The translations under genes were made by a program, and so were the position numbers. Below, one piece after another: positions 46,474 to 54,810 of a stretch of DNA of 64,000 nt. The stretch lies in contig CAVWJI010000002.1 in the NCBI GenBank assembly GCA_963755425.1, positions 254,299-318,298 on the forward strand, in the 5' to 3' direction. Position 1 is the first letter of the stretch, and every line of letters starts with the position of its first letter. Below the pieces are notes generated by a model. The model did no database searches, had not been told where the DNA came from, and saw only the letters and a program-made list of their open reading frames with translations. The DNA comes from an uncultured Gemmatimonadales bacterium (GTDB lineage Bacteria > Gemmatimonadota > Gemmatimonadetes > Gemmatimonadales > GWC2-71-9).

Positions 46474-46515
46474 ATCGCTCGTAGGAACGATGTGCGGACG
46501 CGCTCCGAGGAGCGA
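46474..46515 (-). promoter_or_regulatory. Conserved box site E (tandem TCGCTC-CTCG-GAGCGC and TCGTTC-CTAC-GAGCGAT on minus strand)
   Basis: Main box 46475-46490, ~130 bp upstream of the DUF4956 start. Confidence 0.55.
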
Positions 46516-46541
46516 GTCCGCACACCGTGCGTCGGTCCGTG

Positions 46542-46820
46542 CTACACCGCGGTGACATCCTCGTCCGCATCGGGGTCGGTGTCTTCGTCTTTCACCAGAT
46601 CGGTGCCACGGTCGTCGTTGCTGCCGCCACGGAAACCGTCGGCAAAGTGTTCGGCGGTGTCGCTGGCGAACAGCGCGGACACGTCTTCGCTGGTGCCACT
46701 CGAGCGGCCGGTGAGCTCCTCGGGCAGCGGTGTGCCACCTTCGAGCTCCGGTGTATCGGGCCGACTCGTCTCCTCGACGTGATCATGGCGCTTCGCGCCG
46801 GACTGCCTCTCGCTGGACAT
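46542..46820 (-). CDS. Small acidic hydrophilic, probably disordered, protein
   Basis: GGAG RBS; 92 aa very rich in D/E/G/T; follows the AI-2E gene. Confidence 0.5.
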   Translation of the reverse strand: MSSERQSGAKRHDHVEETSRPDTPELEGGTPLPEELTGRSSGTSEDVSALFASDTAEHFADGFRGGSNDDRGTDLVKDEDTDPDADEDVTAV

Positions 46821-46866
46821 GTGATCGTCTCCGGGAAAGAGTGGTGTCATCCAACGTGTCGCGCCC

Positions 46867-47940
46867 TCAGGCCTCCAGGAACGTCCCCAGTGGCCCGAGC
46901 GCCTCGATATGGTCGCAGAAGATCTTGACCGCGGCCACGATGGGGACGGCCAGGAATGCCCCGACGACGCCCCACACATACCCCCAGAAGAGGACCGCGA
47001 TCAGCACCGCGACGCTGTTGAGCTTGAGTCGATTCCCGTAGAGCAGCGGGCTGGCGACGTTGTTCTGCACCAGGGAGATGACCAGGTACGCCACCGGGAT
47101 CAGGACTGCGTGCCCCAGCGTATCGAACGTGGCAAGAGCACTGATCGAGAGCAGTACCACCAGGACCGCACCGCCGACGTAGGGAATGAACTCCAGCGCG
47201 ACCGTCAGCACCGCCCAGAGTCCGGGTGCGGGCATGCCGAGTGCCCACATGGCCAGCCCCACGATGGTGCCCTGCACCAGGTTGATCAATGACGTGGTGA
47301 CGAGATACCGCGACACCGAGGATTCGACCTCCGCGGCGATCTCTGCTGCGGTACGCTTGCCGACTCTGCCCGGGATGACCCCCACCAGTCGGATCAGGAA
47401 TCGCCCCCCGGCGGCGAGCAGCAGAAACGACATCAGGACGACTTCGACTCCGCCGGCGATGACACTCTCCGTCGTCCCGAAGACCGCGTCGACGAACCGG
47501 GGCTGTGCTGGCGCGACCGTCACCGATCGGGGCGACGTGGCCGATGGACTGGTGGCGTTGCCAAGATCGTCGGCGGCCGCGGTCACCTGCTGGAACGGCT
47601 TCCACATCCGTTGCAGCCGGATCCGGGCGGCGCGCATGTTGCCGGGCGCATCGGCAATCCAGGTACGGGCGGGATGGGACAGCAGGACAACGCCGCCGCC
47701 CATGACCCCGAGGAGTCCGAGCATGACAATGGCCGCACCGGCCGGCGCCGGCAGGCGGGCCCGCTCCATGCTGCGGACGATCGGCCGGAGCAGCGTCGTG
47801 AAGAACAGCGCCAGCGCGATCGGAACAAAGAAGTCACGACCGATGTACAGGGTGCCGATGATCCCGAGTATCGCCATGACGGCGAGCGCGATCGTCCGGA
47901 TGCGTTCCGCGGCGGGCAGGTGAGGTGATGTCAGAGCCAT
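46867..47940 (-). CDS. AI-2E family transporter
   Basis: FFVPIALA, SRYL, FIPYVG, NVASPLLYG, WGYVWGVVGAFLAVP. Confidence 0.9.
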   Translation of the reverse strand: MALTSPHLPAAERIRTIALAVMAILGIIGTLYIGRDFFVPIALALFFTTLLRPIVRSMERARLPAPAGAAIVMLGLLGVMGGGVVLLSHPARTWIADAPGNMRAARIRLQRMWKPFQQVTAAADDLGNATSPSATSPRSVTVAPAQPRFVDAVFGTTESVIAGGVEVVLMSFLLLAAGGRFLIRLVGVIPGRVGKRTAAEIAAEVESSVSRYLVTTSLINLVQGTIVGLAMWALGMPAPGLWAVLTVALEFIPYVGGAVLVVLLSISALATFDTLGHAVLIPVAYLVISLVQNNVASPLLYGNRLKLNSVAVLIAVLFWGYVWGVVGAFLAVPIVAAVKIFCDHIEALGPLGTFLEA

Positions 47941-47983
47941 CCCGGCACCGTTGGAAGAGCCTCGCAACCTGGCCGCGACGGGT

Positions 47984-48325
47984 TCAGACAGCCGTCGATC
48001 GATAGGCCATGACCCGCAACAGCTGGTGGATGGCCAGGTGCAGCACGACGTATACCCCGATCGCAACCAGGATCGGCACGGCCAGCGTGAAACCGCCCGC
48101 CACGTTCTGGTTGGACAGGATGCCCCGGAACGGCGCGAAGAACGGGCTGGTAATCGCGTCCACGAATCGCACGAAGCCGGCCCACGACCGCGCCGAGAAG
48201 AACGCCAGGATCCCCCGGATCAACAGCAGGCTGTACAGCAGCCAGAAGAAATAGTTGATGAACTGCGACAACCGCGCCAGGCCACGTTGCCGACCGGGTA
48301 TCGGAACCACGGGGGAACTGCTCAA
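47984..48325 (-). CDS. YggT family membrane protein
   Basis: LLLIRGIL, FVRFVDAITSPFFAPFRGI, LVAIGVY; GAGGAG RBS. Confidence 0.8.
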   Translation of the reverse strand: MSSSPVVPIPGRQRGLARLSQFINYFFWLLYSLLLIRGILAFFSARSWAGFVRFVDAITSPFFAPFRGILSNQNVAGGFTLAVPILVAIGVYVVLHLAIHQLLRVMAYRSTAV

Positions 48326-48381
48326 GAGGTGCTCCTCGCGACGTCACTCGCCGCCAACAGATCGAACGCCGTGATGACTGC

Positions 48382-48666
48382 TCACGCCCGCGAGGCGCGC
48401 GCGGGGCCGTGATGACCCAGCCAGCGAGCATATTGCGTCGCGGCCTGATCGTCCCGGCCACGAAGCAGTGCACCCGAGTCCGTGTGGTCAAGTCGCCGAG
48501 CGGCTTCTTCGAGCGCTGCTTCAGCGGCCGCAACACGTCGCGTTGCCTGGCGCAATGCCTCCCGCGCCCGCGCAGCGTCCTCCCGCCTCCGCCGGAGCTC
48601 GATGCCGCCCAGCGCCACCGCGGCAACGGCTCGTATATCGTCCAATTCCGGCATCCCGCCCGCCAT
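48382..48666 (-). CDS. Hypothetical coiled-coil protein
   Basis: ATG with GGAG RBS; heptad-like Ala/Arg/Glu helix; conserved box 122 bp upstream. Confidence 0.45.
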   Translation of the reverse strand: MAGGMPELDDIRAVAAVALGGIELRRRREDAARAREALRQATRRVAAAEAALEEAARRLDHTDSGALLRGRDDQAATQYARWLGHHGPARASRA

Positions 48667-48786
48667 CTCCCGTCCCTCCGTCCGCCGGCAGCCCTCCGCG
48701 ACATGGTGGGAGAGGACAGGCCGTGAAGCCTGCCCCCCGCGGGTGGTGCAGCGAAGGGAACTTCGGGGACCCGCAACCGGGAGGCA

Positions 48787-48803
48787 ATCGATCGAAATAG
48801 TGA
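48787..48803 (-). promoter_or_regulatory. Conserved box site F (TCACTA-TTTC-GATCGAT on minus strand)
   Basis: Upstream of the 48666-YggT-AI-2E operon. Confidence 0.55.
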
Positions 48804-48840
48804 ACTTGGATGGATTCCGGCCGTTGCACCGGATCGCGGC

Positions 48841-48882
48841 ACGATCCTTGGGTCGAGAGCCCGTCTCACCCCAACGATCCAT
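48841..48882 (+). promoter_or_regulatory. Conserved box site G (tandem ACGATC-CTTG-GGTCGA and TCACCC-CAAC-GATCCAT)
   Basis: Main box 48866-48881, 60 bp upstream of the 48941 start; 9-bp gap between boxes. Confidence 0.6.
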
Positions 48883-48940
48883 GGTGTCCGCGCCTGCACC
48901 GGGGTGATCTTTCCTGTCACACTCGTGGAGATGATCAACG

Positions 48941-49324
48941 ATGAAAATCGCAACATGGAGTGCAGTTTCGATGGCCGCCGGCCTCGCGCTGGCGACCGCA
49001 GCGTGCGGGCCCGGTTACCGGACGACCCGGATATCGGCGAGCGCCCAGCTCGGACCGGGAATCGACATCTACAGTTACTCTGCCTCGCAGGATGGCGATT
49101 GGCATGCCAACTACCGGCAATGGACGCCGGTCACGGTCTATGAGATGAACGGCAGCTACTATCCGAACCAGGTGAAGGGCGGCCGCGAAGTGCAGGTCTA
49201 TCGCACGTCAGGCGGGTACATGCTCCCGCCGCAGCGACCAGAACATGAGCCGCACCGACAAGCGCCTGAACGCCAGGAACTGCCGAACAGCGCCGACTAC
49301 TCCCGGGCGCAGAACCGGCCCTGA
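48941..49324 (+). CDS. Lipoprotein with one copy of an unrecognised ~90-aa domain (two compensating indels at ~49235-49280)
   Basis: Lipobox TAAC; AQLGPGI...DGDWHANYRQWTPVTVYEMNGSYY...VYR...YMLPP; paralogous to 51432..52109. Confidence 0.75.
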   Translation: MKIATWSAVSMAAGLALATAACGPGYRTTRISASAQLGPGIDIYSYSASQDGDWHANYRQWTPVTVYEMNGSYYPNQVKGGREVQVYRTSGGYMLPPQRPEHEPHRQAPERQELPNSADYSRAQNRP

Positions 49325-49378
49325 CCCGCGGTGTATCGCGCGGCCGGAATCACACCCGACGCCTTACCGGAAACTTCT

Positions 49379-49410
49379 GCCGCCGTCCGATCGTTCGGGC
49401 GGCGGCTTTT
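49379..49410 (+). terminator. Rho-independent terminator
   Basis: GCCGCCGTCCGA-TCGT-TCGGGCGGCGGC-TTTT between convergent genes. Confidence 0.7.
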
Positions 49411-49470
49411 CGGTAGGCGGCTGGAACGCGCTGCAACATCGGCGCGCCACCCGGATGGGGCGTGACGCCA

Positions 49471-50225
49471 TCACGGACCGGGCGGAGTGCGGCCGCGGCG
49501 GCGCGTCTGATGGGTGAACGCCGCGACTTCCAGGCGGCTGCGCAGGGCCAGCTTCTCCAGCACATTGTGCACGTGGCTCTTGACGGTGTGCACCGCGATG
49601 TTCAGCCGCTTGGCAATTTCCTTGTTGCTCAACCCCTCGCCCAGCAGGTCGATCACCTCGCGCTCCCGGATGGTGAGTACGTACCAACTCCAGCGCCTTG
49701 GCCGCCCCCCCGAGTGCGGGTCAGCACGATCTGCGAGAAGAGGGTGGTCGTCAAGGCGGGCGGCAGCACCTCGCCACCGGCCGCGACGATTTCGATCGTG
49801 GCGAAGAAGTCCTCGAACGAGGCGCTCTTCATGATGAATCCCGAGGCGCCGGCCCGAACGTACTCGGCGACGTCCTCCTGCAGCGGCAACAGCCCCATGA
49901 CGATCACCCGGGCGGCGGGAACCTCCCTCCGGACCGTCGCGGTGAGGCTGATGCTGTCATGGTCCGGCAGCCCGAAATCGAGCAGCACGACGTCCGGCCT
50001 GGCTTCGCGCACGCTCCGCAACGCCTCATCCACGTCGGCGGACGCCGCCAGCACCTTGAACCCGGGCCGCGAGTGGATCAGCGAGACGATCCCTTCCCGG
50101 AGCAGCCGGTTGTCCTCGATGAGGACCAGCGCAATGGAGCGGTCTACGCGCTCGGCAGGCACCGGCGAGTCGCGCCGGGATGCGCCAGATGCCGAACGCT
50201 TGGAACGCTTGGCTTGAGGCGCCAT
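49471..50225 (-). CDS. NarL/LuxR-family response regulator (REC + HTH), frameshift near 49680
   Basis: LIEDNRLLREG, PDVVLLDFGL, GASGFIMK; LTIREREVIDLLGEGLSNKEIAKRLNIAVHTVKSHVHNVLEKL. Confidence 0.92.
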
Positions 50226-50359
50226 GGGAAGAACTTAGAACCCGTCCCGAAGACCGGCAACTGGCCGCCGGCGCGGGTCGGGTTGGTGAAGGCAGGACCT
50301 GCCGTACCCCCCGACGCATCCGTCAGAACGTGCCCGATGATCCGCCACCGGCGCAACCG

Positions 50360-50509
50360 TCAGACGACGCGCCGGCCGCGGATGATGCGAAGAATGACCA
50401 CGATCAGCGCGATGACCAGCAGGATGTGAATCACCCCGCCCATCGTGTATCCGCTCACCATGCCCAGGGCCCAGAGGACCAGCAATACCACGACCAGCGT
50501 TTCCAGCAT
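50360..50509 (-). CDS. lmo0937/DUF5670 family small membrane protein
   Basis: MLETLVVVLLVLWALGMVSGYTMGGVIHILLVIALIVVILRIIRGRR; GGAGG RBS. Confidence 0.88.
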   Translation of the reverse strand: MLETLVVVLLVLWALGMVSGYTMGGVIHILLVIALIVVILRIIRGRRVV

Positions 50510-50544
50510 TCGAGCACCCTCCGTTCGTCGCGTCCTGCGAGAGG

Positions 50545-50724
50545 TTATGAAAGCGACTTCGCTGCCTTCACGCGAGCCGCCTTGAGCTTCTTGAACGCCT
50601 GCTCGGCCGTCTTCCGGGATTGGGAGACTGCCGCATCCGCGCCCTTGACCGCCTTGCCGCCGAGTTGGCCGGAGACCACCCGGGCTCGCCCGGCCACGGT
50701 CTTGATGCTTCGTCTGTCGGTCAT
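50545..50724 (-). CDS. 59-aa basic amphipathic small protein (loosely CsbD/LEA-like)
   Basis: GAGGG RBS; Lys/Ala-rich helix; co-oriented with the lmo0937-like gene. Confidence 0.5.
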   Translation of the reverse strand: MTDRRSIKTVAGRARVVSGQLGGKAVKGADAAVSQSRKTAEQAFKKLKAARVKAAKSLS

Positions 50725-50828
50725 GTAATCCCTCACTGCGTAAAGTGTCTCCTGCTGGTGCAATCAGTAAGGCGCTGGATGCCCGCCGGCGTAAAGGGAG
50801 ATCCCTCGGCAGGTTGCCTTGCCACGAC

Positions 50829-51182
50829 TCACCCAGCCTGCAATTCACCGGTGCACGACGCGCGGGACCGCGCGTCAGCGCTCCCGAACGGCCCGGCCCG
50901 ATACCCGGCAGCCGTGACGAGGAGAAAATCCGCGCCATCACTGTTCGCGACGAATTCCGGGATCGTGCGGGTGAACCAGAGTACCGCCTGCTCCACCACC
51001 GGCCGGTCGCCAGCCGGGATGACAGCCCGGATCGGACCCTTCCAATCCCGGCAGGCCATCACCCGGTCGAACGCCGCGGCCAGCTGGTCGAACCGATAGC
51101 CCGTGATGGCCAGCGAATCATATTCCCCGTTGTTCTTTCGCCGCACGCCGTCTCCTGTCACGAAATGAATCCCGTACCCCAT
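50829..51182 (-). CDS. Hypothetical protein
   Basis: GAGG RBS; globular-looking sequence (AAFDRV..DWKGPIRAVI..AVLWFT..VTAAGYRAGP); conserved box upstream. Confidence 0.6.
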   Translation of the reverse strand: MGYGIHFVTGDGVRRKNNGEYDSLAITGYRFDQLAAAFDRVMACRDWKGPIRAVIPAGDRPVVEQAVLWFTRTIPEFVANSDGADFLLVTAAGYRAGPFGSADARSRASCTGELQAG

Positions 51183-51336
51183 CCGCCTCGCCTCACGATG
51201 CCGATCACCCGGATCGGCGCCGCCGGTCCGTCCACCGGCCGCGTCCGGCGGCGAGGTGGGAGGAGGCAGGCCATGCGGCCTGCACTCCCTCGGTGTGGCA
51301 GGAACGGAAAGGTCGTGCGGTGGCCCGTCGCGAACA

Positions 51337-51353
51337 ATCGATCCGATGGGTGA
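51337..51353 (-). promoter_or_regulatory. Conserved box site H (TCACCC-ATCG-GATCGAT on minus strand)
   Basis: ~155 bp upstream of the 51182 start, which heads the gene run containing the regulator. Confidence 0.6.
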
Positions 51354-51431
51354 TATTGGATTGAGTCTCCGCCGGAAACCCCGCGGTTCGTGCAACCGGC
51401 GGTGTCCTCACCAACGCGATCCGCCCGTCGA

Positions 51432-52109
51432 TCACGGCCGGATCCGCACCTGGGCCCGGTCAGCCGGTGTCGGCCGGTGACGGTAGTCGTATCGGGTGTC
51501 GAAACCCACCCAGGCGTGGTCCTGAGGTGGCAGGAAGTATTCGTCCTCGTAGCGGTAGACTCCCACCGCACGCGCGCCGACCGCGTCGTTCGTGTAGTAT
51601 CGCCCGTTGACCGCGTATACCGTCACCGGAGTCCAGCGTTGGTAATCCGCCCGCCAGTTGCCGGCGCGGTCGGACGAATAGCCCAACACGCCGATCTCCC
51701 GGCCAAGACCCGCACGGGCCCTGCCGGTCGCCGGGTAGGGACGCTCGCGGGCATAGTCCCTCGAATTCGGCCGCCGCCGGTAGTTGTAGCGTTGGTCAAA
51801 GCCGACCCATGCCTTCTCCTCCGGCGGCATGAAGTAACCCCCGTGATAGGAATAGACATCCACCGCGCGGGCACCCGGGACCGGGTGGCGGTAATAGTGA
51901 CCGTTGACATCGTACAGGGCGACCGGCGTCCAGTGCCGATAGCTGGTCCGCCAGTTGCCGTCCTGATCTGCCGCGTACCCGGTGACCCCGATCTCGGGCC
52001 CGAGTTGCGCGCCGAAGCGCACGGTGACCGGGGCCTGGGCCGGCGCGCGCGCCGGCAGGACAACGAGGATGCCGGCCAGCGGCACGGTGAGCAGGTCTGT
52101 GATACGCAT
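51432..52109 (-). CDS. Secreted protein with two tandem copies of the unrecognised ~90-aa domain
   Basis: Signal peptide; two repeats of LGxEIGVxGYxxDxxGNWRxxYxxWTPVxxYxVNGxYY...GARAVxVYxYxxxYFxPPxxxAWVGFDxRYxYRxRP. Confidence 0.8.
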   Translation of the reverse strand: MRITDLLTVPLAGILVVLPARAPAQAPVTVRFGAQLGPEIGVTGYAADQDGNWRTSYRHWTPVALYDVNGHYYRHPVPGARAVDVYSYHGGYFMPPEEKAWVGFDQRYNYRRRPNSRDYARERPYPATGRARAGLGREIGVLGYSSDRAGNWRADYQRWTPVTVYAVNGRYYTNDAVGARAVGVYRYEDEYFLPPQDHAWVGFDTRYDYRHRPTPADRAQVRIRP

Positions 52110-52183
52110 TCGGTACTCCAATCGCATGACGACATGATAGCACTTCCAGCACCGGAAGCTACCGTGCCCGTCAGATGCATCCT

Positions 52184-52225
52184 ATCGATCGGAAGAGCCG
52201 ATGGCGCGATCGCTCGGACGATGGA
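52184..52225 (-). promoter_or_regulatory. Conserved box site I (tandem TCCATC-GTCC-GAGCGA and CGGCTC-TTCC-GATCGAT on minus strand)
   Basis: 76 bp upstream of the 52109 start; 9-bp gap between boxes. Confidence 0.6.
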
Positions 52226-52306
52226 GTCCGACCGGGTGCACGTCGGGGGCAATACCTGGCCGGCCGGCGCCTGCCGCGGCACAGCGCGGCGATGTTCGCT
52301 GCAGGC

Positions 52307-52573
52307 TCACTGATCCAGGCGATCGGACTCGCTCACGAGCTTGTGGCGAGCCAGGACAAGGACGGCGCCCACGCCATCAGGCGACTGGCTTGTTCGGGCC
52401 GCAATTTCCTGGTAATCCATCCCGGCGTTCCAGAGCTCCAACGCTTCGTGCTCGCGCCGCGACAGGGCCTGCATCGCCTGCTTCGCGCGAGCGGCCATCG
52501 TGATCCGCATGGTCGTCAGCTGCTGGCGCAGTCCGTCGTCGGCCGGAATCGGCACTCCCCTCGGTAGCCACAT
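52307..52573 (-). CDS. Stand-alone sigma-70 region 4-like HTH protein
   Basis: AMQALSRREHEALELWNAGMDYQEIAART...VGAVLVLARHKL; no region 2. Confidence 0.65.
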   Translation of the reverse strand: MWLPRGVPIPADDGLRQQLTTMRITMAARAKQAMQALSRREHEALELWNAGMDYQEIAARTSQSPDGVGAVLVLARHKLVSESDRLDQ

Positions 52574-52744
52574 CTGTCAGCCCCTGTCCATCGCAGGCCC
52601 GCTGCCCGATGGCGGCGACCAACGACAACATCCCTGGCGGTCGGCCCGATTGCCGCCGCCTTCGTTCGCCCCGGCGCACGACAACCGCTGCGGACCGGAT
52701 AATCTGTTCCGAAAGAAGCGTATCAAAATGGCCGCGAACGGGCC

Positions 52745-52761
52745 ATCGATCGTTGGGATGA
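52745..52761 (-). promoter_or_regulatory. Conserved box site J (TCATCC-CAAC-GATCGAT on minus strand)
   Basis: Best match to the consensus; ~175 bp upstream of the sigma4-like gene. Confidence 0.6.
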
Positions 52762-52947
52762 ATCGGGGATGGAGCGAACGCACCGTCAGGGGACCCTTCG
52801 CGGTGCGTCACCCGATCGGAATCGCCGCGATGACATGGTGCACGTCGACGGCCCTGGTCCCGCACCGCGCCGGCCGGTCTCCGGTCCCGGAATTGCTGCC
52901 ACGTCGAGAGCGCCGGGGCGCCCGCGGCCCCACGAGGCAGCATGCGT

Positions 52948-53436
52948 TCACAGCCAGCGCCGCACCCGCCGCCGGTATTCGGCGTACCGGGAGGGAAAGA
53001 CCGCCAGGAGATACCGTTCCTCGCGGGCAATGATCCCGCGGTCGATGATCACCAGCACCAACGGCAGCAGCGCCAGCGGCCACCAGGAATCGATCAGCAA
53101 CGCCAGGCCGGAGTAGAGCACCGCCAGCGACAGATACATCGGATTCCTCGTGAACCGGTAGATACCGGTCACGACCAGCGCGCGCGCCGGGCGGTGGGGA
53201 AAGACGGTGGTGTGAGCGCGCGCGAACCGGGTGAGCGCCGCGCCAGCACCGATCACCGCGAGCACCACCAGCGTCCAGCCGCCCATAGCGACCGCAGAGC
53301 CAGCGGCGGCCGATGACGCAATCGGCCATCGGATGCGCCGATCGAGTCCGTATCCGATCAGGAAGCCGATGGCGTAGACGAACGGCGGCGGGAAATGGAC
53401 GCCGGCGCTCGTCGGTATCGTCGAGTGGTCTGCCAT
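52948..53436 (-). CDS. ICMT/PEMT family methyltransferase-like membrane protein
   Basis: PPP, GIYRFTRNPMY, IAREERYL, YRRRVRRWL. Confidence 0.88.
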   Translation of the reverse strand: MADHSTIPTSAGVHFPPPFVYAIGFLIGYGLDRRIRWPIASSAAAGSAVAMGGWTLVVLAVIGAGAALTRFARAHTTVFPHRPARALVVTGIYRFTRNPMYLSLAVLYSGLALLIDSWWPLALLPLVLVIIDRGIIAREERYLLAVFPSRYAEYRRRVRRWL

Positions 53437-53461
53437 GGATGCCTCCGCCGCGCGACGCCGG

Positions 53462-53911
53462 TCACCCGTCGTGCCCGGCAATCCTCTTGCGGTACACGTG
53501 TTGCGACTTGACCCGCCGATAGCCGCACCGCTGGTAAAACGGATGCGATTCCGCCCGGCTCACGTTGCTCCGCACCACAACGTCGTCCACCCCGCGACGC
53601 GCTGCCCATCGCTCCGCCTCAGCCACCAGGAGCCGACCCACGCCCCGCCGTCGGAAGGCATTCCCCACGACCAATCCCAGAATTTCCGCCTGGGGACCTG
53701 ATTCCAGCAATTCCCGGCGCCCGACGTGAACCCATCCGGCCACATCGTGGCCGGCGACGGCCACGAAGACCACGTCGCGGTCCGGTTGCGTGAGAAGCCG
53801 CGCCAGGCGGTCGGCCATCTCGCGGCTCTCCGTGGGATACCCCAGCTCACGGCTCAGTGCCGCCACCGCGGCGGCATCGGTATGAACGGCCGGGCGAATC
53901 GTGACGATCAT
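53462..53911 (-). CDS. GNAT acetyltransferase
   Basis: ELGYP, RRRGVGRLL, RSNVSRAESHPFYQRCGY. Confidence 0.88.
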   Translation of the reverse strand: MIVTIRPAVHTDAAAVAALSRELGYPTESREMADRLARLLTQPDRDVVFVAVAGHDVAGWVHVGRRELLESGPQAEILGLVVGNAFRRRGVGRLLVAEAERWAARRGVDDVVVRSNVSRAESHPFYQRCGYRRVKSQHVYRKRIAGHDG

Positions 53912-54591
53912 GCTGTCGCTTCGCTCCGCCACTGCAGCCGGGAATCGAGCCAGCCGGACAGCGCCATCAGCAACAGCATCCCGGCCAGTGCGGCTCCTCC
54001 GGACCATCCGATGTAGTCCGTGGCGAGCAATGCGAGCATCAGCGTTCCCGTGACCCCGGCAGCCCAGGCAGCCCGGGCCCTGCCGCCGGAAACGCCGTTC
54101 ACGACCACCGGCGAGCGCGCTGCAGCCCGCGCATACAGGTAACCACCCGCCAGCACCAGCAGCAGTTCGAGCGACGCGCTGGCCGCCGGATGCGCCCACA
54201 GGCCGAAGCCGAGCAGTGGAAGATGCCCGGCGTTGCCGGGGAGAATCGGCAGATCCGGACGATGGACGATGAGGTCGAGAATCCAGTGGGAGAACGTCAC
54301 CGCACCGATGATCCATCCGGCGCGCGCACCCCACGCGATCCGGGCCACGCCGCCCGCACACAGCGCGATCACCAGCGCACCGACCAACGAGTGATCGTAG
54401 CACGCGTGGATGGTCACCTGACCGTAGCTCGGATGCGTCGGATCGAACGGCGTGAATCCCTCGAGGCCCGCTCCCACCATCACGATGAACACGACGTCGA
54501 GGAGGTAGGTGCTGAGCATCAGGGCCCAGAGGGGCACGCGGGGAGCTCCGGCCTTCACGCCCGCAGCAAATCCGAAGTGTCCGGCAGTCAT
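53908..54591 (-). CDS. Integral membrane protein (metal-dependent hydrolase-like)
   Basis: GH, LLD, YDHSL, SHWILDLIVHRPDLP, LGFGLW motifs. Confidence 0.78.
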   Translation of the reverse strand: MTAGHFGFAAGVKAGAPRVPLWALMLSTYLLDVVFIVMVGAGLEGFTPFDPTHPSYGQVTIHACYDHSLVGALVIALCAGGVARIAWGARAGWIIGAVTFSHWILDLIVHRPDLPILPGNAGHLPLLGFGLWAHPAASASLELLLVLAGGYLYARAAARSPVVVNGVSGGRARAAWAAGVTGTLMLALLATDYIGWSGGAALAGMLLLMALSGWLDSRLQWRSEATA

Positions 54592-54810
54592 GACGCAGCT
54601 CCTTCCGGAGGAATCGGATTCATCGGAATGCCCCGCTCCGCGCCTGCCGACGATCATGTCCGGCACCGGGGATTCTCGACGCGACGGCAACGGGACGAAG
54701 GTCCGGATGGGACATGGCGGGCTCCATCAAGCAGCGGAGCCGGGCAGTCACTGTGCGGCCGCCCGGCTCCGCCAACGTAACATCGCGATCCCACCGCCCG
54801 CGGCACCCGA

